A DNA stretch of 32,000 nucleotides, from the NCBI GenBank assembly GCA_900234795.1, contig LT962688.1, positions 180,001 through 212,000 of the forward strand, written 5' to 3'. Shown piece after piece: positions 1 through 8,950 of this stretch. Made by a program: the position numbers and the translations under genes. Position 1 is the first letter of the stretch, and the number at the start of each line of letters is the position of its first letter. A model generated the notes under the pieces. It saw only the letters and a list, made by a program, of their open reading frames with translations. It was not told the DNA's origin and ran no database searches. The DNA comes from Methylorubrum extorquens. Its GTDB lineage: Bacteria > Pseudomonadota > Alphaproteobacteria > Rhizobiales > Beijerinckiaceae.

Positions 1-10
1 GAACGCCATT

Positions 11-922
11 ATGGCGGCGTCCTTCGAGACCACCTACGGCACCCCGCCCAGCACCGGATACCGGAAGCTGCCCTTCGTCTCGTCGAACCTCGGCGAGGAG
101 CAGGGGCTCATCCCGTCCGACCTGCTCGGCTACGGTCGCGAGGCCCTGCCGCCGTCGCGCGACGTCATCAACAACGACGGCGACGTGGTCGTGCCGATCG
201 ACCTGCGCAACTTCGGCAACTGGCTGAAGCTGTTCATGGGCCAGCCGGTCACCACCGCCATCACCGACGGGCAGCAGCACGTCTTCTCCTCGGGCGCCAC
301 CAATCTGCCGTCCATGACGGTCGAGATCGGTCTGCCGGAGGTGCCGAGCTACGGCCAGAACTTCGGCGTCCGCGGCAACACGATGCGCGTGCAGATGCAG
401 CGCTCGGGCCTGCTCACCGCCACCCTCGGGCTGATCGCGCAGGGTGAGAACAAGCTGTCCGCCTCTGGCGCCGGCACGCCGGCCGAGGCGTCGATCGAGC
501 GGTTCTCGCCGTTCCAGGGCGCCGTCACCCGCGCGGGCGTGGCGCTCGCCTCCGTCACCTCGGCCGACTTCACCTACTCGAACGGGTTGGAGAAGGTGGA
601 GACGATCCGCGGCGACGGCCGGATCGAGGACGCCGACCCCGGCATGGTGATGATGTCGGGCTCCATCACCACCCGCTTCCGCGACACCACCCTGCTCGAC
701 CAGGCAACCGCGGGCGACCCCGTGGCCCTCACCTTCGGCTGGGTCACCGATGCCGACCGCTCGCTCGTGTTCGAGGTGCCGGCCGTCTACCTGCCGCGCG
801 CCAAGACCCCGGTGACGGGCCCGAACGGCGTGCAGGCGACCTTCAACTGGCAGGCGGCCAAGGACAGCGTGTCCGGCAAGACCGTCATCGCCACCCTGCG
901 CAACAACGTCACCACCTACTGA
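11..922 (+). CDS. Major tail (tube) protein, assigned by position
   Basis: 303-aa ORF with high GC3, immediately upstream of the chaperone pair and tape measure gene (canonical V-G-GT-H order). No specific motif recognised. Confidence 0.55.
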   Translation: MAASFETTYGTPPSTGYRKLPFVSSNLGEEQGLIPSDLLGYGREALPPSRDVINNDGDVVVPIDLRNFGNWLKLFMGQPVTTAITDGQQHVFSSGATNLPSMTVEIGLPEVPSYGQNFGVRGNTMRVQMQRSGLLTATLGLIAQGENKLSASGAGTPAEASIERFSPFQGAVTRAGVALASVTSADFTYSNGLEKVETIRGDGRIEDADPGMVMMSGSITTRFRDTTLLDQATAGDPVALTFGWVTDADRSLVFEVPAVYLPRAKTPVTGPNGVQATFNWQAAKDSVSGKTVIATLRNNVTTY

Positions 923-930
923 GGCATCGG

Positions 931-1350
931 ATGCTGAAGCTCGCCCCCCGCGCCGACGAGCCGTTCTGGCTCGACCTTCTCCCGGGCGTTCGCGTCAGGG
1001 TGCGCCCCATCACGGTCGCATCCATGCTCGTCGCCCGCGAGGCCGTCGGCAAGGTCTACCGCGACGAGGACAAGACGGACCTCACGGCGCGCGCCAGCAT
1101 GGCGCTGGTCCGCGAACTCGCACATCGCGGCATCGTGGAGTGGGAGGGCGTCGGCACCGCCGAGGGCGAGCCGGCTGCGGTGACCTCCGAGACTGTCGGT
1201 GAGCTGCTGGACTACTGGCCCGCCTACGATGCACTCGATGCCCTCTACGTCACCCCGGCCCTGCGGCGGGACGAGGAAAAAAACGCATCCTCGAACTCGC
1301 CCGATGGCACTTCGGGGGAGGATCCGAATACTGCGAGGCCTGCGGCGTAG
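931..1350 (+). CDS. Tail assembly chaperone (lambda gpG-like)
   Basis: 139-aa acidic ORF between the tube and tape measure genes. It contains the slippery heptamer A AAA AAC near its 3' end, and the -1 frame is open from there to 1601. Confidence 0.7.
   Translation: MLKLAPRADEPFWLDLLPGVRVRVRPITVASMLVAREAVGKVYRDEDKTDLTARASMALVRELAHRGIVEWEGVGTAEGEPAAVTSETVGELLDYWPAYDALDALYVTPALRRDEEKNASSNSPDGTSGEDPNTARPAA
1278..1284 (+). promoter_or_regulatory. Programmed -1 ribosomal frameshift slippery site A_AAA_AAC
   Basis: The run of seven A followed by C is phased as X XXY YYZ in the frame of ORF 931-1350. The -1 frame continues open with high GC3 to the stop at 1599-1601. Confidence 0.65.
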
Positions 1351-1601
1351 CCTGCCCCGAGTGCCCCTACGCCGTGCACTCGCCTGAGACCGACGAGGGC
1401 GTGGTGGCGTGGGCAGTGGTCCGCCGATGCGGCGGGCAAGTCCGGGCCGGGTTCGGCGGCCCCTATGCGCTCGATTACGGGGCGATCCTGATGATGGCGG
1501 ATGCGATGGGCGCGGGCACGGCGTTGCTCGCCGACGTGCTGCCGTCAGTCGAGCCGGTCATCGTGAAGGCCTACCGGGAGAACGCTGACGATGGCGACTA
1601 G
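1284..1601 (+). CDS. T-extension of the tail chaperone (gpGT-like fusion product 931..1284/1284..1601), DUF1799-like
   Basis: The -1 frame reads RILELARWHFGGGSEYCEACGVACPECPY...GGPYALDYGAILMMADAMG. It has a CxxCxxxCxxC motif and a GGP.ALDY block as I recall for DUF1799 phage chaperones. It overlaps the tape measure start by 11 nt. Confidence 0.65.
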   Translation, partial: RILELARWHFGGGSEYCEACGVACPECPYAVHSPETDEGVVAWAVVRRCGGQVRAGFGGPYALDYGAILMMADAMGAGTALLADVLPSVEPVIVKAYRENADDGD

Positions 1602-4600
1602 CATCGCGATCCGCCTCGGCGTCGAGGGCGGCGCCGAACTGAAGCGCGTCCTCGACGACGCCGGCAACGCCGGGCAGGCGGCCTTTCAAAAGGTCGGTGT
1701 AGCAGCCGATCAGGCTGCGGCAGCCACGGACCGACAGACGGCGAAGTGGCAACGGCTGGCCCAGGCGGCGCGCGAGGCGGAAGCGCAGGCGCGCGCGCAG
1801 TCGAACGTCAACGCTCTGCTAGGCGTCAGTGCTGGCTCGACTGGTTCGGCACGCGACTCCGCCTCGGTGTTCGAGGCCGAGATGGCGCGGCAGGATCAGA
1901 TCCGCGCCGCACGACAAGAGCAGTCCGCCCGCACCGCGCAGGCCAACATCAACACGCTGCTCGGTGTGCGTGACGCGCAGGTGGGCGCTGCCCGTGCCTC
2001 GGCGTCGGCGTTCGAGGACGCATATCGGGCCGAGACGGATGCGCTACGGCGGACGGCCGAGGCTCGCACGACCATCATCCGCAGCACGGTGGCCGGATGG
2101 CGCGACCTCGGCGCAAGCGGCGCGGCGACGCTCGCCAACATCGAGGCCGGCCGCCGCCTCGGCTCGCTCAACAATGTGCCTGAGGCGGCCAACCAGAACC
2201 GGCGGCTGCGCTCGGACGAAGTCACCAATCTGATGTACCAGGGCGGCGACATCGCCGCTCAGCTCGGCTCCGGCTCGCCGCTCAGCATGATCGCGATGCA
2301 GCAGGGGCCGCAGATCGCTCAGATCTTCGCCGGTCCCGGCGGCGCCAGCGTGAAGGGCGCCTTCGCGCAGGCAGGCGAAGCCGTCGGCAACTTCGTCACG
2401 AAGATCGGCCCGGTGGGGCTGGCGTTCGGTGGGTTGGCCGTCGCGACCGGCGTCGGTCTGGCCGCCCTCATCTCCTACCGTAGCGGTCAGGCCGAGGTCG
2501 AGAAGGCCCTGTCCGGCGTCGGGCGGGCGTCCGGCGCGACGCAGTCCAGCATCAACGCATTGGCCGAGGCTCAGTCTCAGGCCGGCGCCATGAGCCGCCG
2601 ATCGGCACGCGACATCGCGGCGGCCTATGCCGGCACCGGCCGCATCGACGCGAGCCTCCTCGGCGGCGCGGTCAGCGCCACGCCCGACTTCGCCAAGTTC
2701 CTCGGTTTGGACCGCTCCGAGGGGGCGACCGAGCTGGCCGGCTCTCTCAGTGATGTTTCGCGCGGCGCGACCGAACTCGCTGAGCGCTATGGCCTGCTGA
2801 CCGACGCCCAGGCGGAGAGCATCCGCCGGATGGACGCGCAGGGCGACCGGCTCGGTGCACAGCGGCGCCTTCTCGATGCGGTGCGTGACAGCACGCGCGG
2901 TCTGGCGGAGGCGACGACCGGTTGGGGCCGGGCCACGGAATGGCTCAGCGACCGATGGGACGATCTCGGGCGCGGCATAGACAGGGCGGTCACCGGCGGT
3001 GACCTCGACACGCGGCTGAAGACGGCGCGCGATGCCCTCGCGGACGCGCGCAAGGATGCTGAGGGATCAACCTCAATCTATCGGCAGGTCTTCACCGATC
3101 CGCAGATCGCCACGTTCGAAGCCGAGATCCGCCGGCTGGAGAAGCTGGTTCAGACCCGCGACGCGGTGTCCGAGCAGGTGCAGCGCGGCCTTCGCTCCCA
3201 GCAGGTTGGCGGCCTCATCCGCTCGCTTGATCCGGATCGCGCCGAGCTGAAGAAGCTGACCGACGAGGGCATGCTGCTGCGTCGCGCGATTACGGACCCG
3301 ATCCGGTTCGGCCTCAGCACTGAGCAGATCGAAGCCGCGAAGCGGGGCTTCGGCGACCTCGGCACGATCGTCAAAAATCTCGTTGCCGACATCGACCAGT
3401 TCGGGAGCCGCGCGGTCGCTGCCCTCAACCGGACGGCCGACTTCAACGCGCGGATGGTCGGTGCGACGCCTTTTGGGCGCTCGGCCGCTCAGATCAACAA
3501 GGAGTTCGACGATAAGCTTCGTGACGCGCCGGAGCGGGAGCGCGCCGGGATCGAGCTTGCCCGCCAGAAGGAACTCGATACCGCCACCCGCTCGCAGTCG
3601 CTGGATCTGACGCAGCGGGGCGGTGCCTTCGGCCGTGCCCCGTCCGAGATCCAACAGATGGTGCTGGCCGCCGCCCAGCGCTTCCCAACCGTGCCGCCGG
3701 AGATCCTTGCGGCGATCGGCGAGAAGGAGAACGGCTTCCGGCTCTCGGGCCCGACCAACATCAAGGACCGCTTCGGCAACCCGGCCTCGACCGCGTGGGG
3801 CTACGGTCAGATCACGGTCGGCGCCGAGGAGGACATCCGCAAGCTAATCCCCGGCTTCGACCGCAAGGATCCGAACCAGGCGGTGATGGGTGCTGCGGCC
3901 TATCTCAGCCTGCGCCAGAAGTGGGCGGGCGGCGACCTCACCAAGGCGCTCGACGGCTACGGCACCGGCCCCGGCTACGGCATCGACGTCCAGCGCCGGG
4001 CTGGCCAGTTGGGCGACGCCTCGTCGCTTGGCGTGGCTCGTGATCTCGACGCGCAGACCCAGGCCGTCGAGCGGAGCCAGGACGCTCTCCGCCGCAACAC
4101 CGAGCTTTATGGCCGCAACGGCGCCGCCCTGGAGGCATCTAGCCGCGCGGCCGATCTCTATCGCGACATGCTCGCCCGCGGCGTCCCGCCGAGCGAGGCC
4201 CTGCGCAAGAGCCTGGAAGGCTTTGCCCTGTCCGCGGAGCAGGCGTCGCGCGCGACCCGCCTTGTGCAGTTCGCCCGGGATGATGAGTTCGCCCGCGAAC
4301 AGCTTGGGCGCGGCCGCATTGATCAGCAGGCCTACGCTATGGCCCGCGCTCGGTTCGGAGACACGACCTCAGCCGAGGCGCGCGCTGCGATCGACCGGAG
4401 CCGCGACACGCTGGAGATGGCCGAGACCAAGGCCGTATTCTCCGACGGCGTCACCTCCTTCGTCACCGATCTTCGACGTAGCGGGGATGCGGCCACGGCC
4501 TTCACGAACGCCGCCGGCAACGCCGCTGATCGGCTGCTCGCCAAGTTCATGGACAGCGCGATCTCCTCAGCCTTCGGCGCCGTTGGCGGAGGTTCTGGCG

Positions 4601-5109
4601 GTGGCATTGGTGGCTTCATCTCCAACCTGTTCGGTGGTGGAGCGAGTGCAGCCGGCGCTTCGCCCACCGGCGGCGTCCGGCTCTTCGACGTCGGCGGCTT
4701 TACGGGCCACGGCGAGCGCTACGACGTGGCGGGTCTCGTCCACCGCGGCGAGGTGGTGTTCTCGCAGGATGATGTAGCCCGGCACGGCGGCGTGGCCGCG
4801 GTCGAGGTAATGCGCCGTAGCGGAGGCCTCCGCGGATATGATGGCGGCGGGATCGTTGGTCGCGACGCCTTTACCATGCCGAGCGCGGCGGCGATGCGGC
4901 CGGCCAACGGCAATGGGGTGCCGAACATCAACTTCATCGACCAGCGCCCAGCGGGATCACCCGAGATGGAGCCGGCCGTGAAGCGCCGTTCCGACGGCAG
5001 CCTCGATGTGATCGTGCGCACCGTCGAGGGGCGCATGGGCCAGCGTGCGGCTGGTGGTCAGGGCCCCTTCAAGCAGGCGGCGGGCGGCGCCGGCTACCGG
5101 ATCGGCTGA
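1591..5109 (+). CDS. Tail tape measure protein with internal SLT lytic transglycosylase domain
   Basis: 1172 aa, Ala/Arg/Gln-rich helical repeats, central hydrophobic Gly-rich segment. SLT-like block GEKENGF...AWGYGQIT...AAAYL lies at about 3664-3990, and the C-terminus is Gly-rich. Confidence 0.9.
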   Translation: MATSIAIRLGVEGGAELKRVLDDAGNAGQAAFQKVGVAADQAAAATDRQTAKWQRLAQAAREAEAQARAQSNVNALLGVSAGSTGSARDSASVFEAEMARQDQIRAARQEQSARTAQANINTLLGVRDAQVGAARASASAFEDAYRAETDALRRTAEARTTIIRSTVAGWRDLGASGAATLANIEAGRRLGSLNNVPEAANQNRRLRSDEVTNLMYQGGDIAAQLGSGSPLSMIAMQQGPQIAQIFAGPGGASVKGAFAQAGEAVGNFVTKIGPVGLAFGGLAVATGVGLAALISYRSGQAEVEKALSGVGRASGATQSSINALAEAQSQAGAMSRRSARDIAAAYAGTGRIDASLLGGAVSATPDFAKFLGLDRSEGATELAGSLSDVSRGATELAERYGLLTDAQAESIRRMDAQGDRLGAQRRLLDAVRDSTRGLAEATTGWGRATEWLSDRWDDLGRGIDRAVTGGDLDTRLKTARDALADARKDAEGSTSIYRQVFTDPQIATFEAEIRRLEKLVQTRDAVSEQVQRGLRSQQVGGLIRSLDPDRAELKKLTDEGMLLRRAITDPIRFGLSTEQIEAAKRGFGDLGTIVKNLVADIDQFGSRAVAALNRTADFNARMVGATPFGRSAAQINKEFDDKLRDAPERERAGIELARQKELDTATRSQSLDLTQRGGAFGRAPSEIQQMVLAAAQRFPTVPPEILAAIGEKENGFRLSGPTNIKDRFGNPASTAWGYGQITVGAEEDIRKLIPGFDRKDPNQAVMGAAAYLSLRQKWAGGDLTKALDGYGTGPGYGIDVQRRAGQLGDASSLGVARDLDAQTQAVERSQDALRRNTELYGRNGAALEASSRAADLYRDMLARGVPPSEALRKSLEGFALSAEQASRATRLVQFARDDEFAREQLGRGRIDQQAYAMARARFGDTTSAEARAAIDRSRDTLEMAETKAVFSDGVTSFVTDLRRSGDAATAFTNAAGNAADRLLAKFMDSAISSAFGAVGGGSGGGIGGFISNLFGGGASAAGASPTGGVRLFDVGGFTGHGERYDVAGLVHRGEVVFSQDDVARHGGVAAVEVMRRSGGLRGYDGGGIVGRDAFTMPSAAAMRPANGNGVPNINFIDQRPAGSPEMEPAVKRRSDGSLDVIVRTVEGRMGQRAAGGQGPFKQAAGGAGYRIG

Positions 5110-5112
5110 CGC

Positions 5113-5487
5113 ATGGCACTCCCTTCATGGCCTGAAGGCTTGCCCGAGCTGCGCGGCATGGCTTCGTCAGGTGGCACGCGCAGCCTGCATCCGGCTCCGC
5201 AGGAGACGCAGTTCGATGACGGGCCGACGCGGTGCCGGCGCCGACAGCTTTTCGTCACGACCCCGCTGAGCATGTCGCTGCGGCTGACGCCCGAGCAGTT
5301 CGTGATCTTCAAGGCGTTCCACCTCAACGACCTGAACACGGGCGCGCGCCGCTTCACCGCGCCCGTGCTGCTGCCGGACATGAGCATCGGCGAACGAGTC
5401 TGCTCCATTGAGGGTGGGGTCGCATGGTCGGCGCCGCAGCGGTCTCGATACGTCGTGACCTTCACCCTCATCGTTCAGGATTGGTGA
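5113..5487 (+). CDS. Minor tail protein (lambda gpM position)
   Basis: 124-aa ORF starting 4 nt after the tape measure stop. Assigned by position only. Confidence 0.5.
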   Translation: MALPSWPEGLPELRGMASSGGTRSLHPAPQETQFDDGPTRCRRRQLFVTTPLSMSLRLTPEQFVIFKAFHLNDLNTGARRFTAPVLLPDMSIGERVCSIEGGVAWSAPQRSRYVVTFTLIVQDW

Positions 5488-5491
5488 CCCC

Positions 5492-6037
5492 ATGACGGTG
5501 AGTGCCGCCCTGCGTGAGGCCTATGCCTCAGGCGACGAGGGCGTCGTGATCGAGACGCTTGAGGTGGACCACGCATCGCTCGATGCCGCGTTCCGGCTCG
5601 TGCGGAACGTGGACGGCCAGTTGGGCGAGCCGGGCGAGACGCTGAGCCTGCCGATCGAGGCCGGCGGTCCCCGTCTCGCGCACCTGCTCTGCGCCTTCGA
5701 GCTGATCGCACCCGGCGCCGACAGTGATGGTCCGACGGACGGCAAGATCCGCATGGACAATGTGTCGGACCTCTTCCACGAGTTGCTGAAGGGCGCCATC
5801 GGCTACGACGCGGCCATCCGGGTCACGATCCGGTTCTATCGCGTCCTGCCGGGGCGCCTCGACGAAGTGACTGGGCCAGACGACGACAGCTTCAGTGGCT
5901 TGGAGATGACGGCCGTCGAACTCTCGGCCGACAGCGCCGAGGGCACGATCGCTTGGCCGGACGGCCGGCAGCAGAACGTGCCGAGCGGCCCGAACGCCTT
6001 CTTCGACCGCGCCAACTATCCGGCGCTGTTCACGTAA
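5492..6037 (+). CDS. Minor tail protein (gpL-like, DUF1833-like)
   Basis: 181 aa. The N-terminus LREAYASGDEGVVIETLEVDHASL resembles the DUF1833/minor tail L family as I recall it. Position follows the gpM-like ORF. Confidence 0.6.
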   Translation: MTVSAALREAYASGDEGVVIETLEVDHASLDAAFRLVRNVDGQLGEPGETLSLPIEAGGPRLAHLLCAFELIAPGADSDGPTDGKIRMDNVSDLFHELLKGAIGYDAAIRVTIRFYRVLPGRLDEVTGPDDDSFSGLEMTAVELSADSAEGTIAWPDGRQQNVPSGPNAFFDRANYPALFT

Positions 6038-6354
6038 TCTGAGGCAGCAAGGCTGCGCTACACTGGATGGCTGCTCTCGACCCCGAGCTGTCCTACGAAG
6101 ATGTCTGAGAGTTAAGCAGCTATCAAGATAACATCTTTCCATCGCATCGAGAGCCGCAAGCAGATTGGGCATCGAACAACGCAAACCATCGACCTGACCA
6201 ACTTAGGTTGGGTGCCGACGCTTAAGCTATAGGCACCCAGGAGGCAGAGAACGGCAGGTATTCCGTTAAGTTATGGGTGCGAGAACGAGGCTGAAGGAAA
6301 GGCACTTGGCGGGTCATCTTGGTTCATGGTTTCGGACGGCTAAGGAGCAGACTG

Positions 6355-7737
6355 GTGCCATTGAACCGCATGGCCAGCGCCTTCCATCGGGATAGCGGCG
6401 GCACCGTCACCGTCATCGTCGCGCTCGCCGCAACGACCCTGATGGGACTCGTGGGCGGGGCGATCGACTATTCCCGGCTGGTCTCAGCCCAGAGCCACAT
6501 TCAGCAGGCCGCCGACGCCGGTGTGATGGCCGGTGGCAACGCCCTCAAACTCGTCGTGTCCAACACCGCCTCGATCGTTGGCCTGACCACCCAGACCATT
6601 CAGGCCGAAATCAAGGACGGTCACAAAAACCCCGTCACAATCCAGGTTGACGTTGCCAGCGACAAAACCAGCGTGACAGCGAGGGTCGAGCAGACCATCC
6701 ATCTCACCTTCGGGCCGTTCGTCGGTATGTCGGAGTCCAAGGTTTCGGCCAAAGCGAAGGCCAGTGTCGTCGGCAAGATGCGCCTGTGCATGCTCGCGCT
6801 CGACCCGGCTGCAGCCGGTGCGTTCAACCTCGAAAAGAGCGCGCAAGTCACCGCCTACGATTGCGCGCTCTACTCGAACTCCGTCAGCCGCTCGGGGATG
6901 GTCGGTCGCGACGGCGCGCTCGCCCGGGCGCAGACGATCTGCTCGGCCGGTGGCTTTAAGGACGACCGGGCCAACTTCACGCCCAATCCGCAGACGAGCT
7001 GTCCCGTCATTGAGGACCCGCTCCGCAACCGGCCGGCCCCACCGGTCGGGAACTGCGTAAACCTGCCCGAGATCCTCCGCCTTGCCGATCTGCTGACCGG
7101 CAAGAGCAAGGGCAGCAACGTCATCGCGGAGCCGATCACCCTCGATCCCGGCACCTATTGCGGCGGCTTGCACATCACGAAGAATGCCGTCGTCACGCTG
7201 CGGCCGGGCATCTACGTCATGAAGGACGGCCCGCTCATCGTCGACAAGAGGGCGACGATGACGGGCAAGGATGTCGGTTTCTACTTCGTCGGAAACAACA
7301 GCGGCCTTCTCTTCGACAAGAGGACGACCGTGGACCTGACAGCGCCGACGACGGGTGCGATGGCGGGCCTGCTGATGGCGGAGGACCCGTCCGTCACCCT
7401 GCCGATCGATCCGGTGCTGGCCGTTGATACCCTTCTTGGCGACATCGTCACGCCGACGCCCCCGCCGCTCGGCGCGAGCAGGCCGATGCGGACCTACCGC
7501 ATCATCAGCGACAACACCCGCACCATGCTCGGGACCATCTACCTGCCGGCCGGTCGCCTCGTGATCGACTCGCAGCGGCCCGTGGCGGATCTCTCCGCCT
7601 ATACGGTCGTCGTGGCCCAGCAGATAAACCTCTACGAGGGGCCAAACCTCGTTCTCAACGCCAACTACGGCAACACAAGCGTGCCTGTGCCGAAGGGGGT
7701 TGGCCCTGTCTCGGGACGGCTCCTGCTCAGCCAGTGA
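6355..7737 (+). CDS. TadG/TadE-like Flp pilus assembly family protein (moron)
   Basis: The N-terminus RDSGGTVTVIVALAATTLMGLVGGAIDYSRL...IQQAADAGVMAG matches the Tad (TadE/G-like) N-terminal pattern. AAGGAG lies at 6342-6347, 7 nt before GTG 6355; ATG 6370 or the ORF start 6319 are alternatives. Flanked by lower-G+C non-coding DNA. Confidence 0.7.
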   Translation: MPLNRMASAFHRDSGGTVTVIVALAATTLMGLVGGAIDYSRLVSAQSHIQQAADAGVMAGGNALKLVVSNTASIVGLTTQTIQAEIKDGHKNPVTIQVDVASDKTSVTARVEQTIHLTFGPFVGMSESKVSAKAKASVVGKMRLCMLALDPAAAGAFNLEKSAQVTAYDCALYSNSVSRSGMVGRDGALARAQTICSAGGFKDDRANFTPNPQTSCPVIEDPLRNRPAPPVGNCVNLPEILRLADLLTGKSKGSNVIAEPITLDPGTYCGGLHITKNAVVTLRPGIYVMKDGPLIVDKRATMTGKDVGFYFVGNNSGLLFDKRTTVDLTAPTTGAMAGLLMAEDPSVTLPIDPVLAVDTLLGDIVTPTPPPLGASRPMRTYRIISDNTRTMLGTIYLPAGRLVIDSQRPVADLSAYTVVVAQQINLYEGPNLVLNANYGNTSVPVPKGVGPVSGRLLLSQ

Positions 7738-7863
7738 CATGGATCTTAGAGTGCCACCATCTCGGCTGTGCTCTCTAAGGCTTCTCGGTTTGTGAAAGGC
7801 AGGGCGAAATGTCGTATCGTCTGCTTCAACCTGCAATCCAGACGTTGAGCTCGCGATCAACGT

Positions 7864-8313
7864 ATGACCGCTATCCAACTGTTGCGGACCCTAGGAAAGG
7901 GCAAGCGGGCAATGAGCAACGATTGCGCCGCGTTCCTGCGCCGCTGGCGCGGCACGACCTACGACAAGACCGAGCGGAATTGCTGGTGGCTCGCCGCCCT
8001 GGCGCAGGCTGAACTATTCGGTCGCACCCTACCGGCAGCGGACCCGGCGCTCGTGGCTGACATCCGCGCCCGCGCCGAGAGCATGGCGACCCACCCGGCC
8101 CGCGCCGAGTGGCGCGAGATCGAGACGCCCGTGGATGGCGCCCTCGTGCTCATGGGGAAGGTCTCCGGCGCCGAGACCCATTGCGGCGTGTTCCTCGCCC
8201 AGGACGGCGGGCTGATCCTGCACACCGACGAACGGCACGGCGTCGTGCTCGACCCGCCGCTCGAACTCGCCGCCGCCCGGCGCTGGCGGCTCACGTACCT
8301 GATTCCGGCCTGA
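7864..8313 (+). CDS. NlpC/P60 family phage cell-wall peptidase (lambda gpK-like)
   Basis: 149 aa with a Cys...His...His arrangement (NCWWLAALAQ, THCGVFL, LHTDERHGVV) typical of phage NlpC/P60 tail-tip proteins. Confidence 0.8.
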   Translation: MTAIQLLRTLGKGKRAMSNDCAAFLRRWRGTTYDKTERNCWWLAALAQAELFGRTLPAADPALVADIRARAESMATHPARAEWREIETPVDGALVLMGKVSGAETHCGVFLAQDGGLILHTDERHGVVLDPPLELAAARRWRLTYLIPA

Positions 8314-8340
8314 GCAGAGACGTGATGATGGTTGCATGCG

Positions 8341-8712
8341 CTAATCGCGTGAGCGGTAGCTCCGGCGTGCGCCAATGCGATGGTAGTCAGCTGGAGCTGT
8401 GGTCGCTTCGTCCTGTTTAGATACCGCCTGCTTTGGCGCAGGGAGCTTGCCGATTTTTAATATTGTCAGCCCAACGAAGTGGCCGCGCCGCCAAGCCTGC
8501 TGAACGTTGAATATCAGATCTCGGCCGACCACCCGAATGTTAAATGTATCAGGTATAGATACATCTGAAGGCAGCACCACTTTCATGCCCGATGCAGAAA
8601 CATCCTTTATCGAGCAAGGTACCTTTGCTCCGCTTGGCAAACGTATGATTGAAATCCAATTCACATCTGTCCGCTCGGAGGTGCGATTTTGGATATCTGG
8701 CATGGTCGCCAC
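8341..8712 (-). CDS. PilZ domain protein (c-di-GMP receptor)
   Basis: Both PilZ signatures are present: RxxxR (RTSER) and D/NxSxxG (DVSASG). A/T-rich third codon positions are unlike the flanking phage genes. The start may be GTG 8712 or ATG 8703. Confidence 0.75.
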   Translation of the reverse strand: MATMPDIQNRTSERTDVNWISIIRLPSGAKVPCSIKDVSASGMKVVLPSDVSIPDTFNIRVVGRDLIFNVQQAWRRGHFVGLTILKIGKLPAPKQAVSKQDEATTAPADYHRIGARRSYRSRD

Positions 8713-8746
8713 GCAATGAGGTTTTGCCCAATTAAATATCGTGCTA

Positions 8747-8950
8747 CTAATTCTGAGTTAATGCGCGCAATTCGAGATTTCTGGATTGATAGATGCAGTA
8801 AACACTCCTTTTGCATGGTTGGATATAATCATAGTTCCCATCGGGTTCGTTGGCACCTCCGATGGTGAGCGGGCCGGGTGATCCGCACAAAGGTTCCCAG
8901 CCCGCATCCTTCTCACAGCATGTCCGCAAGTTGAGAGCCTTGCAGATCAA
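8747..8950 (-). CDS. Small Cys-rich hypothetical protein (67 aa, 6 Cys)
   Basis: TTG start overlaps the stop of the upstream ORF (TTGA), suggesting coupling. There is no ATG and no recognised family. Confidence 0.3.
   Translation of the reverse strand: MICKALNLRTCCEKDAGWEPLCGSPGPLTIGGANEPDGNYDYIQPCKRSVYCIYQSRNLELRALTQN

Noticed and set aside
6210-6238. Hairpin GGGTGCC-N15-GGCACCC in the leader of the TadG-like gene as a terminator
   Set aside because: Short stem, large loop and no T-tract. It could be regulatory, but nothing supports a specific call.
6484-7878. 464-aa minus-strand ORF antisense to the TadG-like gene
   Set aside because: Arg/Asp/Gly/His-rich composition typical of a shadow ORF in high-G+C DNA. 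The plus-strand ORF has a recognisable family signature and an RBS.
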